A stretch of 64,000 bases of DNA from Lama guanicoe (taxonomy: Eukaryota), in the NCBI GenBank assembly GCA_013239625.1, contig MU054001.1:3044151-3108150 (forward strand). The letters run 5' to 3'. This document shows, piece after piece, positions 38,761 to 51,905 of the stretch (its first letter is position 1; every line of letters begins with the position of its first letter). A program made the translations under genes and the position numbers. The notes under the pieces were generated by a model that had not been told where the DNA came from, ran no database searches, and was given only the letters and a program-made list of their open reading frames with translations.

Positions 38761-39299
38761 CTCTCTTCTTCCCATCTGCAAATGGCTTAGCAAATAGCTC
38801 AGAGGATCAGCCTGATAATTCAAGGTGACTAAGCCAGGGAGCAGTGAAACTGGGACTCAAATCCAAGTCATCTGTCTCCTGGAGACTTCTTCTCTCCAGG
38901 CACCTTACGCACTATCACAGGGAGGGCAAATGGCATGCATTATTAGAGGGTGGGGAAGTGCTGGGTTGAAAGGATTCTGAGGCAATGTTGGTATCTACTA
39001 GTAATGTCTGCTATGCAGTCAGGAGGAGGGAGCAGCATCCCTGTCAGTCCTGTTCTGTTCTCTTCCATCCACTCTAAAAGTACATATTCCCAGGCTTCAG
39101 TTCTCTTAAAATCACTTCCCAAGTGGTTCAAAGTTCATAGGTCTGAATGTGGCATCCTTTCCCAGCACTATACTAGCCCTGTAAGTGGACCATACACCAT
39201 TCTTAATCCCAAAGAGTAACTGAAGCTGGACATTCTCACAGACTGAGGGGGGCCAGTGAGGGAACCATAATCCATATCCGGCCTTCAGGCATGACATTC

Positions 39300-39720
39300 A
39301 CTCGTCTACCACTGCGACTCTGTCTGGACTGCCCTTTCTGGCTCTTTTTTAATTCTATGTTTTTCCTCCTACCAAAATCTCAATTGTACCCTAATGTCCA
39401 ATTCAAATGTGAGCTTCTCCTTCAAATATTTCCCGTCTAGTCTTAACAAAGGTAATGAAAATTCCCCTTCCCCTGGGAAGAACCTATTTGTCTCTTATCA
39501 TCCTCTGCCTAGAATCATCACAATTATGTTTATCTCTGTCTCCCCTAGCAAAGGGATTCTTGGGGGCAGGAAACATCTTTTCTTTATGGCCTTTCTTGGT
39601 GCCCCACCCTAATCCACAGCCCATTCTCCACTCTCTCTCTCTCTTTCTCACACACACACACACACAAACACTATCAGTCACTTGGGAAGTGTCAACAAAT
39701 GTTTATGTAATGGAGAGATA
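39300..39720 (+). mobile_element. L2 3' relic containing a (CT)n(CA)n microsatellite (~39631-39666)
   Basis: tctgtctggactgccctttc...caattcaaatgtgagcttctcc...tcaacaaatgtttatg resembles the L2 3' end. Confidence 0.5.
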
Positions 39721-39964
39721 GCTGGATGGATGGTGCGTGGGTAGGTTGCTCCTCTCTGCCCTGATAATTACATCTATCGGGACATAGAATCTGAGGCCAT
39801 TCTCTGAAAGGAAGCTCTCCCAATAGCAACTTGCTGCTGCACATAGACTTGGCCTATGTTTAATGGAGATTTGATGGAAGTTTACTGGAAACAGAAGTAG
39901 CAGCCTCTTTAACCAGACAGTCTCATGCAATGCAGGGAAAACAAGCTCAGAATAAGGTACACCT

Positions 39965-40165
39965 ATCCTGGAATAAATGCAGCTCTGCCATTGACTAACT
40001 CTGTGACCTCTAATTATTCACCTCTCAGTGGCCCAGCCTTCTCACCTGTAAAATAGGGATAATATCTATAGCATGTGGTTGCTGTGAGGTTTAAATGAGA
40101 TAAAATATGTATATTTCATAGCACAGGGCTTTGAACTTAGTCCAGAGTAGTTATTATTATTATTA
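39965..40165 (+). mobile_element. MIR with (ATT)n tail
   Basis: gcagctctgccattgactaactctgtgacct...tctcacctgtaaaatagggataata...gctgtgaggtttaaatgagataa matches MIR. Confidence 0.8.
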
Positions 40166-41924
40166 TTATAAATATTTTTATCCTGCAGATGTGAACAATG
40201 GGACACATCAGCAAATATCTGCTCAAAGTGACCACTACCAGACATGGACAGTGGTGGCAGTCCACTGGTGCCCCTTCACTCCTAAGGGTGATGTCAAGAT
40301 TCTCCATCTTGCTGGGGGATGGGGTCCAGTTTAAGAGTTTGTCCAACCTTTATTCAACCAGTATTTATTAAGAACCTATTATATATCGAGCATTGTGCTG
40401 GAGGCTGGGGACAATAGCAAAGGAAGGAAACAGAATCCCTGTCCATGAGCTCTTACGGAGTGGGGAGGGGCACTGGACAGATGACCATGCAAACACCATC
40501 CTGGATGGTGTGCTGCTTCTCATTCCCACTCATGAGTCCTAGAGGAAGGGTCAAAACACCTGGTCAGAGCTCCAGCATGCCGTACGAACTTCATCAGATC
40601 CCTTTATCCCTCCGAGCCTGTGCCTCCTCTTATGTAAGGTGGGCCCCAGCCTCCTTTGCTCTGAGGGAGGTTGCCAGGATCACATGAGAGCTTCCGTTTG
40701 TGGGAAGAGCTTTGGAAGGAAAGGCACACCTGAGAAGGCAAGGGATTCAGAAGATCCCTCTGAATATAGCCCTTTCTTGTAGGATTTTTTTCCCAGCAGA
40801 GTTTCCAACCAGGTGTCCCTTCAGAGAGCAAACAGATGTGGGTGTACAGAGAGCCCTCCCTGGGAAGAGATGGAGCTCCTTCTCCTTGTCACTAGCTTTG
40901 CCCCGCTGATGGCGGGCAGAAGGACCTGCTGTAGAATTGCTGGTCCAAGTTGTCTTTCCTTGACTGGGTGGGCAGAAGCTCTACCCTGGCCCTTATTGTC
41001 CTGTCCCTTTCCATAACGGTCATTTCCCACCTCACATTTAGCTGCCCAGGAGCTGAAGATGGTATGTGTGTGTTTGCCTGTGTAGCGTGTGTGTTTGCCT
41101 GTGTGGCATGTGTGTGTGTGTATAAGAGATGGGTTTGTTTTTACATACTAGCTCTGCTATGAATTTCATCTGCAGAGCTTTGGCTGGGGACTGGGGATGC
41201 TCAAGGGCAATCTGAATGCAGACGTTGTGGACATGATCTGCAAACCATGACAGTAACAGCAGTGGCAACCGTAAGGACTTCAGTAAACAGCTCTTAAATC
41301 CCCACTCCTCCGTGGACCCACATTTCAGGTCCCTGTCTTATTTACTTGGCAACTCAAAGAGGTAAGTAATGTTATTGCTCCTTTAGGTACATTATCTCAC
41401 TGAATCCCCAGGACACTACATAAGATAACAAGCGTGGTTATCATTTACTGAGCACTTGTTTTGGATGAAGCACAGTTCTCTACACTTGATGTCTTGACTC
41501 ATATAATGTCCTATAAACATCCCAATTTTGCAGATCAGGAAGCTAGGGCACGAAAAGGAGATACAATTTGCTAGACTGCCAACCAGCCAGTGGCAAACGT
41601 GAATCCCAGAGAAGTGTGACTTGGAGCCACACCTGTAAGCTCCACCCAGGCTGTCTCTCCATATGAGGACACCTGCCTGCTGTTTACTTTCTGGAGGGGA
41701 GGTGGGGGTGGTCCTGGGTCTCCTCTGGTAGCAGCTCTTTTTATCTGTGCAGTAGGAATATCTCTGTCATTTTCCCTTAACGTCTGTCTAACACATCTGC
41801 CTCTTGCAGGCACTTTCTGATAAGCACGCCTCATCCTCGCTCCTCAACTTTCCCTCTTGAGAGTTGGTTAGGCTGGGTGAGTGTCTCCAGTGTACAGATT
41901 CTGAAGGCAGTGTTGGGCTTGGTC

Positions 41925-42025
41925 TACCTTGGGATCTCATTCCAGTGCAGATTCTGCTTCTGCGGTTCTGGAGAGGAGACTGGGTGATGCTGAGGCTGCT
42001 GTTCTGGGACCACACACTGGGGAAT
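41925..42025. mobile_element. MER5A-like fragment
   Basis: gggatctcattccagtgcagattctgcttctg...gggtgatgctgaggctgctgttctgggaccacac resembles MER5A. Confidence 0.6.
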
Positions 42026-43399
42026 GAGAGTTTCCACTCAGCCCCTTCCCCTTCCCCCATGCACAGCCTTCTGCATGCTGCCTGCTCCATCCAGGGCTCT
42101 CAGGGCTCCCTGGTGTTTTCTGTAAATCCAGCTCTTGACTCCGGCAGATCCTGCCAATGGGGATGGGGATCGCTGACCTCATCACTGGGTGAGTCAGAAA
42201 AGCCAGGATGCCTCTCCTGGGAAGGTGAGGGCAGAAGGAGCCAGAACGCTCCTCAGTGCCCACGCCCCCAGTCCTATCACACCTCCAGCCCTCGTCTCTC
42301 GGGCTGGCTCTTTCCACTTTGGATTTTCACTTTAAAGCACAAGTGGTCACCTCCAGGTCAGTTCCTAATCCCTCCCCAGGTAATCGGCCTCAATGAGGTG
42401 AGGGCTGGACAATTATACAGTCATGGGGCCGGCCCTCCCTTGCCTCATGCCTCAGACAGAGCTCATTTGATTTCTGGTTTTATGGGGTGCATTTATTGTT
42501 GGCCTTTGGGTTGTTGATGTCTCCTAGGCCCAGTGTGGGGGTTTTATGTGGATACTAGGTCCGATTGCCCTTTCAAAAGGTTCTGCTTTTAATTAAGCTT
42601 TTTTCCCTCTAGTTGAGCACGGGCCTTCAGCATTTTAGTGCTTTAAAAATAAACATTTATTATCAGTTCTTAATTTTCTTTATTACTATATATCCATAAT
42701 CCACGCTAAAACTGGCTGATAACGCTCAAAGTCTCTGCTCTGTCATCACAGGAAAAGTCTTTGTATTTCCCAGTGAGGACAGGGAGTCACCCCCTTCAGA
42801 TGGCCAGGACAGAAATACAGACCACCTTGCCCACAAAGAAACCTGGTACCCTCCTTACACAGTCTCCCCTTTACATGAGTTCCCAGAGAAACAGTGGAAT
42901 CCTGTGTCTCCCTCCTCCTCAGCTCAGCTCTAGACAGACAGACAGACGTGCTCTACACAGGCCTTTCCGATTCCTTCTCACTCATCACCTTTCCTCATCT
43001 CCAGAACTGCCTGGCTTTCCAAAGTTTTTCAGTCTCTTCTGTCCATTCCAACTATGGGTTGCTTTTTACTTGTTTTACACATGTGTCCTTTCTTAGTCAA
43101 CCAATATTTACTGAGTATTTACTAGCTGTTAGAGTCCACTCAAGATGTTGAGGATATGGAGGCAACCACAGCAAACATGCTCCACCTTCATGGGGCTCAT
43201 AGCCTCACTTAGTTAGTTATTTAATTACAATTATGGAAACTGTTACGATAAGAAAGTGCATAATGGTGGCCTGTCCCATCTGGAATGGTGTGTTTCTTGA
43301 GTCCAGGCACCAAGTTTGACCTCTCTGAGCTAAGGGATGATTTTAGCCCTCCTATAGAATGAGAAACATGGTACAATTGACAGAGGCCTGGGATAGCCG

Positions 43400-43988
43400 A
43401 CTAGTATCCCCTTCTTCAGGAAGAGTAGAAACTGTGGATTCCCCTGCCCCCTCCCCCTCTCTTACTCCGTGTGCAAAATATGCATTATGGGCCCTCAGCC
43501 CATATTCATCCTTCTGTTTTCTCTGTCCGTCTGGATCTGAAAGCCTGCAAACTCTATCACCTAGATACCCTTGCCCACTGGGTTCCTGGAGATGGCATTC
43601 TCAACAGAGTAGGAGGCAGAGAAAAGCTACAAGCTTGTCTACTTCTGGTGGCACCTGTACAAACGGTAGTGGAAGTGACTCCTGCACTCCATGAACATCT
43701 GGGTTTCCAGCCACATCTTGATAGCAGCTCCACTAGTGTTAGGGCCAACAGCATAGGTCACTGGTTAGCACCATAAACTTGTACTTCCAGTAATATGAGC
43801 AGTGAATTTGGGCTCATAGGCTCCATCCCAGAGGCAGTAGCAAGGTCTTAGTCTCCGAGTAACATCTATTTCTTATTTTGCTATTCCAGCTCTTCCCAAA
43901 ATGTCGTAACTAATACCTTGAACTAAATTCCTCTAATGTTAAAAATCTAGAGCGATTTCTGTTTTCCTGATAGGACATAGACAGATAA
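43400..43988 (+). mobile_element. ERVL LTR (LTR33-like)
   Basis: The 3' end gtaactaataccttgaactaaattcctctaatgttaaaaatctagagcgatttctgttttcctgatagg and the internal cccttgcccactgg resemble LTR33. Confidence 0.6.
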
Positions 43989-44229
43989 ACTCATCACCAC
44001 CACAACCATTTGGCAACCAACTCACCAATACTATCACATATACTTCTTAAGCATCTCTAGAATCTACCTTTCCTCCATCTCAACTGTCGTTCCCATACAC
44101 TAGGTCTGAAATGTATTTTCTGGACTATTGCTAGAGCAATTCAAATGGCTTTCTCTAAGTGCTAGTTTCTCTCTCTTTCCCTCCTCCCACCTATCTTTAC
44201 AATTTTTTTTTATTAATCTAAAACGGTTA

Positions 44230-45435
44230 CAAGACATAAAAGTTAATTTATAAATTGAAAAAAAAGATTTTTTTTCAGACAAACATATGCTGGCAGGAGA
44301 CTCATACTTTATGAAATGTTAAAGTAAGTCTTTCAGGTGAAAAGAAGGTGGTACCAAATAGAAATATGGATCAACACACACAAAAAATAAACAATTTCAG
44401 AAGTGGAAACTACATGGATAAATAAATAAGATTTTTCTTGTTATTTAAGTATCTTTAAAAAATAAGTAGCTCTTTACATGAAAATTAATAATAATGCAAT
44501 GTAAGTTTTATAGCATATATGGAAATAGAATGTATGGTAATGATAGCACAATGACTGAGAAAGGAGAAATGAGAGTAAATTACTCAAAATTATTTTATGC
44601 TACTTGAGGTGGTGTAACATTACTTGAAGGCAAGTAACAATAAGTTTAAAATGCACCATAAATTCTAAAGCAATCAGTAAAATAAGACAATTATAGTTAG
44701 TAAACCAACAAAACAGATTTTAAAAATCATAAAAAGTACTAAATACAAAACTACCTCAAAAAAAAAAGAATAAATGGAATCAATAGAAAACAACTAGCAA
44801 GATGGTATATATTTATACTAACTGTATCAATAATTATATTAAATATAAATGGTTTAAACACTAATTAAAAGGCACTAATTAAAAGATTGTCAGGTTGGAT
44901 AAACAAGCAAGAATCCAAATGTGTGCTGCCTATGATAAATGCACTTTAAGTATAGACTTAAATAGGCTAAAAGCAAAAAGATTGGAAAAATATGCTATGC
45001 TAATACTTATCAAAAGAAAGCTGGAGTAGTTATGTTAACACAAGACAAAGTAGATTTCAGAGCAAAGACTATTACCAAACACAAAGAAAGTAACTTTGTA
45101 ATGATAAAAGGGTAATTTCACCAGGAGGACTTCACAATCCTGATGGGCCAGCTGCATACATTTGGTAGTAGAGGTTCAAAATAGATGAAACAAAAACTGA
45201 TAAAACTGTGAAAAGAAATAGAGATATCTACAATAACATTTGGAGATTTCACTAACTTTTAATAATTGGTACAATAAATAGAAAGAAAATCGGTAGGGGC
45301 ATAAAAGACTTTAAACAGTACCATTACTCAACTTGATCTAATTGACATTTATAGGAAACTATACAACAAAAGCAAAATTCACATTTTGTTCTAGGGTACA
45401 TGCAACATTTACCAAAACAAACCACGTTCTCCCGA
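44230..45435 (+). mobile_element. Old L1 internal fragment (ORF1 end, spacer and ORF2 endonuclease), decayed
   Basis: A-rich. ataattatattaaatataaatggtttaaac translates as IIILNINGLN, and aagaaagctggagtagttatgttaacacaagacaaagtagatttc translates as KKAGVVMLTQDKVDF. Confidence 0.85.
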
Positions 45436-45469
45436 ACTGACTGACTTACAGATTGGCACAGAAACTCTG

Positions 45470-45745
45470 AATGTTTGTCCCTTTGTGTCTTTTCACATGG
45501 TGTTCCCTTGGCATGAAATACCCTTCCCTGATTACCCATCCTCACCTACCTGGCTAACTCCTGTTCATCTTTCAAAACAGCACAGCTGTTACCTCCTTTG
45601 TATAGCCTTCCTCAACTACCCTGAAGAAATTCCTTTCTCTTCTGCATGGCCGTAATACTATGTACACACATTCATCCTTGCTTGTATCATAGTATGTGAA
45701 ATTACATGTCTAGTTTTTTTGCTTCTCCCACTAGACTAGAAAGAC
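45470..45745 (+). mobile_element. L2 3' relic
   Basis: tttcacatggtgttcccttggcatgaaataccctt...ctggctaactcctgttcatctttcaaaac...ttctcccactagact resembles the L2 3' end. Confidence 0.65.
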
Positions 45746-47499
45746 AAGATTTAGGATGAAAATTACATTATTATAATTAATAGCATATGCTATAATTTAC
45801 TTATTAACGATAGCTGTTGTTTATTGAATACCTAATATGTGCCAAACACAAATATATAGTGTGTTTTTTTAATGTAGAAGCAATTTTAAGATATATTTAT
45901 TTAATAATTGTTATGTGTTGGACTTTGGAATACTATATAGGAAATGCCCCCCCAAATGGAGGTCCTAAGGATATGATGATGTGACGCTGCTAAATGACCT
46001 TTATTTAGGAGACCCAGAAATCATAGTAGTTTTCCAAATCAAACCAGTCGGTGTAAGGATGGCATCTGTCCCCACAAACTAAGGAAATCACCTGAGTATT
46101 AGGAAATTTATAGCTGTTTACTCTCTTTCCTCAACTTTTACTTCCATTAACTCTACAAGTTAGGGATGTTGCCTATGTGTTTGAGTGGCCCCAATCAGAA
46201 CTGTCCTTCAGTGAGGGAGCTAATGAAGCAAGAACCATCCTCTGACCTCTTGTGCCATCAATGAGAATAAATTACCCCATTCAACGGGGAAGAATATTTT
46301 TCATTGATTCTTGCAGCTATCCAATAATCTGGATTGCCTCTTGCACTTAATCTTTCGCTTCAGAAGGAGAAAGTGTCCTCACAAAGGGACACCCATTGTG
46401 CATCTCAAAAACTTCGCATTTGATTTATCTGTGGCAAGCCAAGGAGAAAAACCAGATTTTTCATCAAGCATGCCCTTAAATTGTCTGAATCCTTGTCAAC
46501 AGCATCATTCTCACAAGGAAAAAGCAGTGATTTGATATAGAATGCAGGGCTGGACGCTTAGTAACATGATCCTAATGTCCTTTTTGGCTTGACTAGGTGG
46601 ATCAAAAAGTTTGATTCACTTTTCTTGCTTTGAAAGTCCTGTATTATCAGACTAGAAATGAAAACTATTTTTCTTCCTCAGTCAGGGAAAAAGAATAACA
46701 TTTGCCAAGTCATTATATATAACAGATTGTAGCAGGAAGGTGCTTAGGAAAATGCCCAAGGCGGGGAGCTACCACAGAACACCAAGATGGCAAAACTTAA
46801 TTGGTATGGCAAGGGAAATTTTTGCCATGTCTTCTCTGATGATGACACCGTGAGGATTTGCCGCTTAGACAGCTGGCAAAATGACTGACATGTACATTGA
46901 CATCATGGAAGTCTGGAGAACATTAATACCTGCTGCTTGGAGCTGAGTTTCTACTTCAGTTAGGTTCCTGTGTGGCAAGATCTTATGGAAAACTCTTCCC
47001 TTTGTAAATTCATGACCCTGAGGCAATTAGATCTGATGGTTCCAGGGACGAGTTCTGGCACAAGGAGCATTGAATTCTTAAACCAAAAGCCCATGGCAGG
47101 AATGAAAACAAGCCTAATGTATATAAATCAAGGTCAAGGATGACAAAGGTCAAACTAGTCATTTCCTTCTTGGTTTTTTCTCCATAGGACAGACTGTTTG
47201 GATAAGTCCCTTCAACTAATTAAATTGTGTTTATTGGATGATAATTAGATTGTTTTCCCACTTAGAATTCCAACTAGAATTCCATGTTCTAGTTAACCAG
47301 TGTCAACTTATCATGAGTAAGTGTGTCTTCCCTCCCTCCCACCTTTCTTTCCTCCCTCCCCAAGGCCTTTATGGCTTGCAGGTCACAAGCCCACTATCTT
47401 CATGAACCAAAACTGGGAATGAAGAAGCTCCAAGTTCTATTAGTCAAAAGGAAACTGACTTTATTTATACAAGCCTTTATTTCAAATAAGACTCATAAT

Positions 47500-47615
47500 T
47501 TTACATGAGACTTTGAGATTCCAGAGGACAAGCATATCGGCATTTTTGCTTGCTAACACCTAGCACAACCCCTGGCACACAGTAGATGCTTAATAAACAT
47601 TTCTTAAGTAACTCT
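47500..47615 (+). mobile_element. L2 terminus
   Basis: cacctagcacaacccctggcacacagtagatgcttaataaacatt matches the L2 terminus. Confidence 0.7.
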
Positions 47616-47899
47616 GCACTTACCTTACCTCAGGATATTCCCTGAGACATAAAATATATGAAATCACTTTAGAAATTTAAGAACAATGGACACAAAAACA
47701 GTCATTTTCAATATCTGCAGCTAAAGATCTGAGTCTTCACAGCAAAAGAAAGAAATTCTAAAGGCCTTAATAGATCAGAAAATGTTAGAAGTAGAAGGAT
47801 CCGTTAAAAAAAGAAAAAAAATCCACTTTTTTTCTAGCTCCTGGTTATCTGGAGAGATAAGAAAACCAAGGCTTGAGGAAACGTATTGTTGTTACCAGT

Positions 47900-48095
47900 A
47901 ACACCTAATATTTATCAAGTACATTTTATGTCACAGTGCTGTTCTGAGTACTTCACAGAAGTCATCTCATTTAAACTTCACAGCAACCCCATAAGGTGGA
48001 CACTATTACCACCATCCTATTTAACAGAGAAATCACAGAGAAGTTAAGAAATTTGACTAAGGTTACCCAACTAGTAAGAGGTCCAGCCAGGATGC
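47900..48095 (-). mobile_element. MIR
   Basis: tcatctcatttaaacttcacagcaaccccataaggtggacactattacc...agagaagttaagaaatttgactaaggttacccaactagtaag matches antisense MIR. Confidence 0.8.
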
Positions 48096-51039
48096 ATATT
48101 TTAATCAGAAAGAGATGGAAGTATGCCCCCAAGTAAGAGTCATGTTTACATACATTTTGGTCAAATATAATTATTTATTGGAGCTAGGTTTTCTAAATCA
48201 ACATAATTAGGGTCTATCTGTAATGGCAGAGTTATTCAGTTCCTACAAGTATCTCAGAATTAGGACCCCAAGCAAGATTCCAACCGCATCAGTCATTAGA
48301 ATCAATTCTTTTGTTTTCCTGAGAAAGAGATATTTTCACAAATGTCACTTTCAGAGCCCAGTTTTTGACACTAGCTTTAAAAATCAGTGACATCTTTTCA
48401 CTATATGTTGATTCCAGATGCCATTGAAGTAGAAGTCTCTCTTCTCCCCAGCCTCAGAGTTAAATCTGAATGAAATTCTCGGGCAATTGATGTAACAATT
48501 TGAACCTCAATTTCCTTATCTGTAAAATGGGTATAAACACACACATGCCTGTAAGGTGGGATTTAATCCTCGAGGTTGCCATGATGATGCAGTAAGATAA
48601 TGTAAAAGCCTGTAAATGATATGTATCACAAAGAACTCAAAGGATGTCCCTAAATCTCTCTTATAAAGCATTCAGAGTTACTCGGACAAGGCTTGAGCTT
48701 ACCATATCCCTTTTCCAGACAGAGAAAAGATTCAGTATTTTAAGAAAATACTCACTGTTTTAAGTACTTTGAAATCTGAAGCACTATAAAGTTGGAAATT
48801 ATTGCATACATTTACCTATTTATGATAAGTGTCCAACGGCAACTATCTGAATATCTGTGTGGTTTCAGGCATATCTTGGATGACTCTATTCCAAGTGCAT
48901 TTATTTTAAACCATACTAAAACACAGGTATTCACTCACTGAGGCCGCACTCCCCCACAATCCATTCAGATTAGGGAGGTTTTAGAACAAATCAAATCATC
49001 CTGAGGAGTACATCGCCACCCACCCCGCACACACACACCGCAGCTGCCGTGTTGTTGACATGAGCCCGGTGATGTGCTCACAGAGCACGTGCCATCTTGG
49101 CTTTCAGGGACCTTACGGTCTAAGACAAACACGCTGACATCTCATGGCAAGAAGTTTAAGAACAAATCAGAGCATAAACACAGTGAGAATATGTGAGAGA
49201 CATCGCTGATTCTCATTTTTAAAGCAGCTGTTTTCCTAAGTTATAATGCAAAGATTTCAAAGTTCAGATAGAATAGAAACAGAGAGGCAGGATCTGAAAG
49301 TCTTCTTCTATAACCAGTGACTACAGGCTGTTCTCATACATGTGTGTGCATTTGTACATGCGTGTGCTTATTTGCGCGTGTCTACGCATATACATAGCCG
49401 ACATGTATGGATATAGTGAATATATATACACACATACAAACACAAACGTATTTTTGTTTTTTTAAAGAAAAGCTAAATCGTGCTGTACAAACTGTCCTGT
49501 AGCTTGCATTTGTCACTTTGCAAGACTGTATCTTGCTCTTGCTTATGGGGATCTTTGGAAAGAAGATGACAATTGATGTGTACGTTAGGATATCATTGCT
49601 GAGTTAGTTGTACCAGAATGGCGTAGGTGAGCGGGAAAGAGTTTGAGATGGAGAAAGCAGGCAGAGAATAAAAACAGTTTTCCGGAAGAAAAGACAGATA
49701 AAGTTCAGGGGACTGAATAACAGTCTTCAAAACTGTCAGTCAGTTCCATGCCCACCACCAGAATCCAAAGCTGCGCTAACTAGTTTCAAACGGTGTCAGA
49801 GGTTTCACATATGAGCTTTGACCTCACCAAGGAAGCAACTAGGTGGCAAAGGATGGGTCCCCTCCTTCTAACATCCCCCGACCGGGACCACCACCCCAGC
49901 AAAAAGTCAGTCAGAGTGGAAGGGAATGGGGACGGAGGGGGAAGAAACTTGCCATTTCTTCTCAGTGAACACGGTGGAAATGGGTTAAGTTAGCTCAGAA
50001 AAGACTCAAGTCCCTTCTGCACTAATTGTGTTTCAGCCTCAAGAAGGAGATGGGATTTTTCAGCTCTCTGTTGGCTTCCATGATTAGCTGAAAAAGAGCC
50101 AGAGAATTTTTTTTAATAGAGGCTCTTCTGTAAAGAAAGCGGGGAAACAATAGCTAGCTGTCACAGCCAGCTGATATCTGCCTTTGATCAGCCAAATGAA
50201 TGTTGCAGGCATTTCTTATAGAAAGGAGATTGCTTATCGATCTATATCAAAATATGCATGCTAATCCCCGGCAGCAGAGAGTATTTTCAAGTGGAGTTAA
50301 TAATCTGATTGCTGCCCTGTCTGGAGCAATTCTCTGAACTCGGAGCTCTAATCAGTCCAGGGTCTTGCAGTCAAATGTACTTTGCTGTTTAAATTTGGAT
50401 CTGTGACATTGATTGAGGAGCCCTTGTAAAGGTGTTGACAAATCAAATTGTTTGTTCCAGTAGTGTTTTGCCAGAGATCAAGTCCAAAGTAATACGCAGT
50501 GAATTTGTTCATTACTAGTAGGGTGAAAGGAATGATAAAATTCACCTGCATCATTATCACAGACACAAGCCCAATAAAAGATATGTTCTGTCTGAAGAAA
50601 ATGCAGTTTGGGGGGTGCTCCGGTGAGTTATACAAGGTGGGGGGTTGCCATTTCCAAACCCGGAGGATATTAGATATGTTTTAAGAAAGATAGGCAAATA
50701 AATTTATTCCATGTTTGAGATCAGAGGACTTTATTCAGTTGGCAAAGAAACAAAAAAGATGGACAGATAGATGTCATGCATTATTGGAAGAAGCCCTTAG
50801 CCACCCAGACCTGTGTAGGATAAGAAGGAAAAGAGGAAGTGACAAAGGGAAAGCAACTCGATCCTCAAGTTTGGCCCCTGCTCAAGGTGAGGACTGGTGG
50901 CCCATCTTTACTTGTTCCCAACAAGGACCAGAGCCAGTAGGACTGAAAGGAGATTTGATAAGTCTGTAGGTCCTAATAAACCCACTATCTGCTCTGAGGC
51001 TGACTTGACGGGTGCTGTAAGGATGGATGGAGCACAGGA

Positions 51040-51265
51040 GACCGTCTGAGGATGTGTTCTTCCAGAAGCACACCCTCAGACTAGAATGTAAGTGCAAGTA
51101 AGTCGTATGTTTTGGAGGTGATCTCAGGAAGCATGGGTGGGGGAATAGGGAGGTGAGATGCTGAAGGGAAGAAATTCAAAACAGGCTGCATTTTAATGAG
51201 CTGGTCACTGCCATGGGCACTGGGGATGAGCCCTGCTGGGGTCTCTGAAATAGCAGAAAAGTGAG
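51040..51265 (-). mobile_element. ERVL LTR (LTR16-like) fragment
   Basis: ccagaagcacaccctcagactagaatgtaagtgcaagta...ttggaggtgatctcaggaagca...gtcactgccatgggcactgggg resembles antisense LTR16. Confidence 0.65.
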
Positions 51266-51629
51266 GAAGAGAGAGACACTGACTCTCTGGGAATCAGCTC
51301 CTTGTGGGAGCTGAGGCAGAGGAGATGGAGACGCTCCTCCCGGAGGAAGTACTGGGGCTAAGATCACTACATTGGACCAGACATTTGAATTGCTGAAATG
51401 CGACTGCTTTTGTTAGGAGACGCTATTTGGGGTGAGGAAAGAACTAGCCTACAGACTGGGCTTGTGGGAGCAGATGGGTGTGGTTTTATATGCTACCTTT
51501 TCACATCGCTTTGCCACAATCAATAACAATACCATTAATAACAATATTATCTGCTAATGTTTACTGCCTAATTTTCGCCTGTCAAGGACTTTTTTCTATG
51601 TTTAAATACACTATCTTTGTGTTTTTTAA

Positions 51630-51905
51630 TCTGCAGATTGTGAGCCTTGAATGGATCTAAAATGAATTACTGGGTTGCCTGTGAAACAGAAGAGAACAAA
51701 ACAGAATAGACTAGAATAGATTATATTAGAGTGAAAAATATCAAAGTGTATCGTCCATTGCAAGGATTAGTTTTTCTAAGGAAAGCTCTATTTCAATTTC
51801 ATGTGTTTGTGTGTGTGTGTGTGTTTGTATGTGTGTATGTGCACATAGATGAACCTTAGGTCACAGTGTAAAATATATTTCCTATATATTAAGTCAAGGT
51901 CACTT
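51630..51905. mobile_element. Charlie4z-like hAT relic with (TG)n, splitting an antisense MIR (~51540-52075)
   Basis: Contains tagaatag repeats, aaaatatcaaagtgtatcg and ggtcacagtgtaaaatatatttcct. MIR resumes with ccccattttagaggtgagaaaactgag. Confidence 0.55.

Noticed and set aside
41864..42517. Longest ORF in the track (217 aa)
   Set aside because: It starts at TTG, runs through a MER5A-like fragment, has a Ser/Pro/Gly/Trp-rich composition typical of chance ORFs in GC-richer DNA, and shows no recognisable domain.
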